A stretch of DNA of 64,000 bases, from contig JANRKS010000016.1 in NCBI GenBank assembly GCA_033763315.1, forward strand, positions 223,408-287,407. The letters run 5' to 3'. Made by a program: the position numbers and the translations under genes. Shown one piece after another: positions 63,551 through 64,000 of the stretch. The stretch comes from Deltaproteobacteria bacterium. GTDB taxonomy: Bacteria > Myxococcota_A > Polyangia > Fen-1088. Below the pieces are notes generated by a model, which was not told the origin of the DNA, made no database searches, and saw only the letters and a list, made by a program, of their open reading frames with translations. Numbering within the stretch: position 1 is the first letter of the stretch; every line of letters starts with the position of its first letter.

Positions 63551-64000
63551 ATGGCTGATGCAAAATCCCCTCACGATTCGCTATTTAAGAAGGTGTTCTC
63601 CAACGCCTCCCACTCGGCGGCAGCCTTGCGAACCGCCTTGCCGCTTGCGGTGTCCAACCACGTTGATTGGCAGTCCCTCTCGCTTGAGCCCGGCTCCTTT
63701 GTTGACGAGCACCTCGTCAGCTCACATTCCGATCTGTTGTTCAGCGCCAACATCAAGCAAACCCGCGGTCTCATTTACTGCCTTTTCGAGCACCAAAGCT
63801 CCGTGGATCGATGGATGCCGCTGCGTCTCCTCAAATACGTTCTGCGCATCCTCGATCGTCACATCGAAACCACCCATGACGAGTTTTTGCCCATCGTTCT
63901 GCCCGTTGTCTTGCACCACAGCGACACGGGCTGGACAGCCTCCACCACAATTCAAGCGCTCTTCGGTCCACACGCGCAGGAGGCCGCTTTCTCACCCTTC
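63551..64000 (+). CDS. Rpn (YhgA-like) recombination-promoting nuclease / putative transposase, partial
   Basis: Not in the ORF track. Manual translation gives MADAKSPHDSLFKKVFS...LSLEPGSFVD..L...HSDLLFS...IYCLFEHQS..D.WMPLRLL.Y...LP.V.P.V..H. Runs off the window. Confidence 0.9.
   Translation, partial: MADAKSPHDSLFKKVFSNASHSAAALRTALPLAVSNHVDWQSLSLEPGSFVDEHLVSSHSDLLFSANIKQTRGLIYCLFEHQSSVDRWMPLRLLKYVLRILDRHIETTHDEFLPIVLPVVLHHSDTGWTASTTIQALFGPHAQEAAFSPF

Noticed and set aside
63551-64000. Rpn gene as an active insertion sequence
   Set aside because: No terminal inverted repeats or target duplication visible, the gene is cut by the window edge, and Rpn proteins are not established IS transposases.
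1-64000. tRNA, rRNA or riboswitch genes
   Set aside because: Intergenic spaces are short and none showed a recognisable cloverleaf or rRNA signature by eye. A covariance-model scan (tRNAscan-SE, Rfam) would be needed to exclude small RNAs.

Overview
GC-rich bacterial DNA, probably from a myxobacterium (Myxococcota-like: Hanks kinase, FHA domain, many lipoproteins, short OPX plus beta-barrel). Positions 1-51712 are one locus, open at the left edge, in which a complete Wzx/Wzy-dependent exopolysaccharide system is interleaved with, and translationally coupled to, NRPS/PKS genes. The polysaccharide genes are a WcaJ-like priming transferase, five glycosyltransferases, Wzx, Wzy, a co-polymerase, OPX, a beta-barrel, a GH-A hydrolase and an O-acyltransferase. 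The four NRPS/PKS genes appear to form two short assembly lines and have their own Sfp-type PPTase. Line A: A(Val)-PCP-KS-AT-ACP-aminotransferase-C-A(Thr)/MT-PCP, handing over to betaHD-C-A(Gly-like)-PCP-TE. Line B: formyltransferase-A(Gly) interrupted by both a luciferase-like monooxygenase and an MT-PCP, handing over to KS-AT-KR-DH-ACP-TE(Cys). The best hypothesis is a polysaccharide decorated with peptide/polyketide acyl groups. The co-polymerase carries an N-terminal FHA domain instead of a tyrosine kinase and lies near a membrane Ser/Thr kinase, which suggests pThr-based control of export. Positions 51713-64000 are a variable accessory region: an AAA/DUF4143 ATPase behind three phased palindromes, three toxin-antitoxin modules, a beta-CASP nuclease, lipoproteins, a small CNF1-like Cys-His protein and an Rpn nuclease. 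No rRNA, tRNA or CRISPR array was seen. All calls come from reading motifs by eye; no database searches were run.
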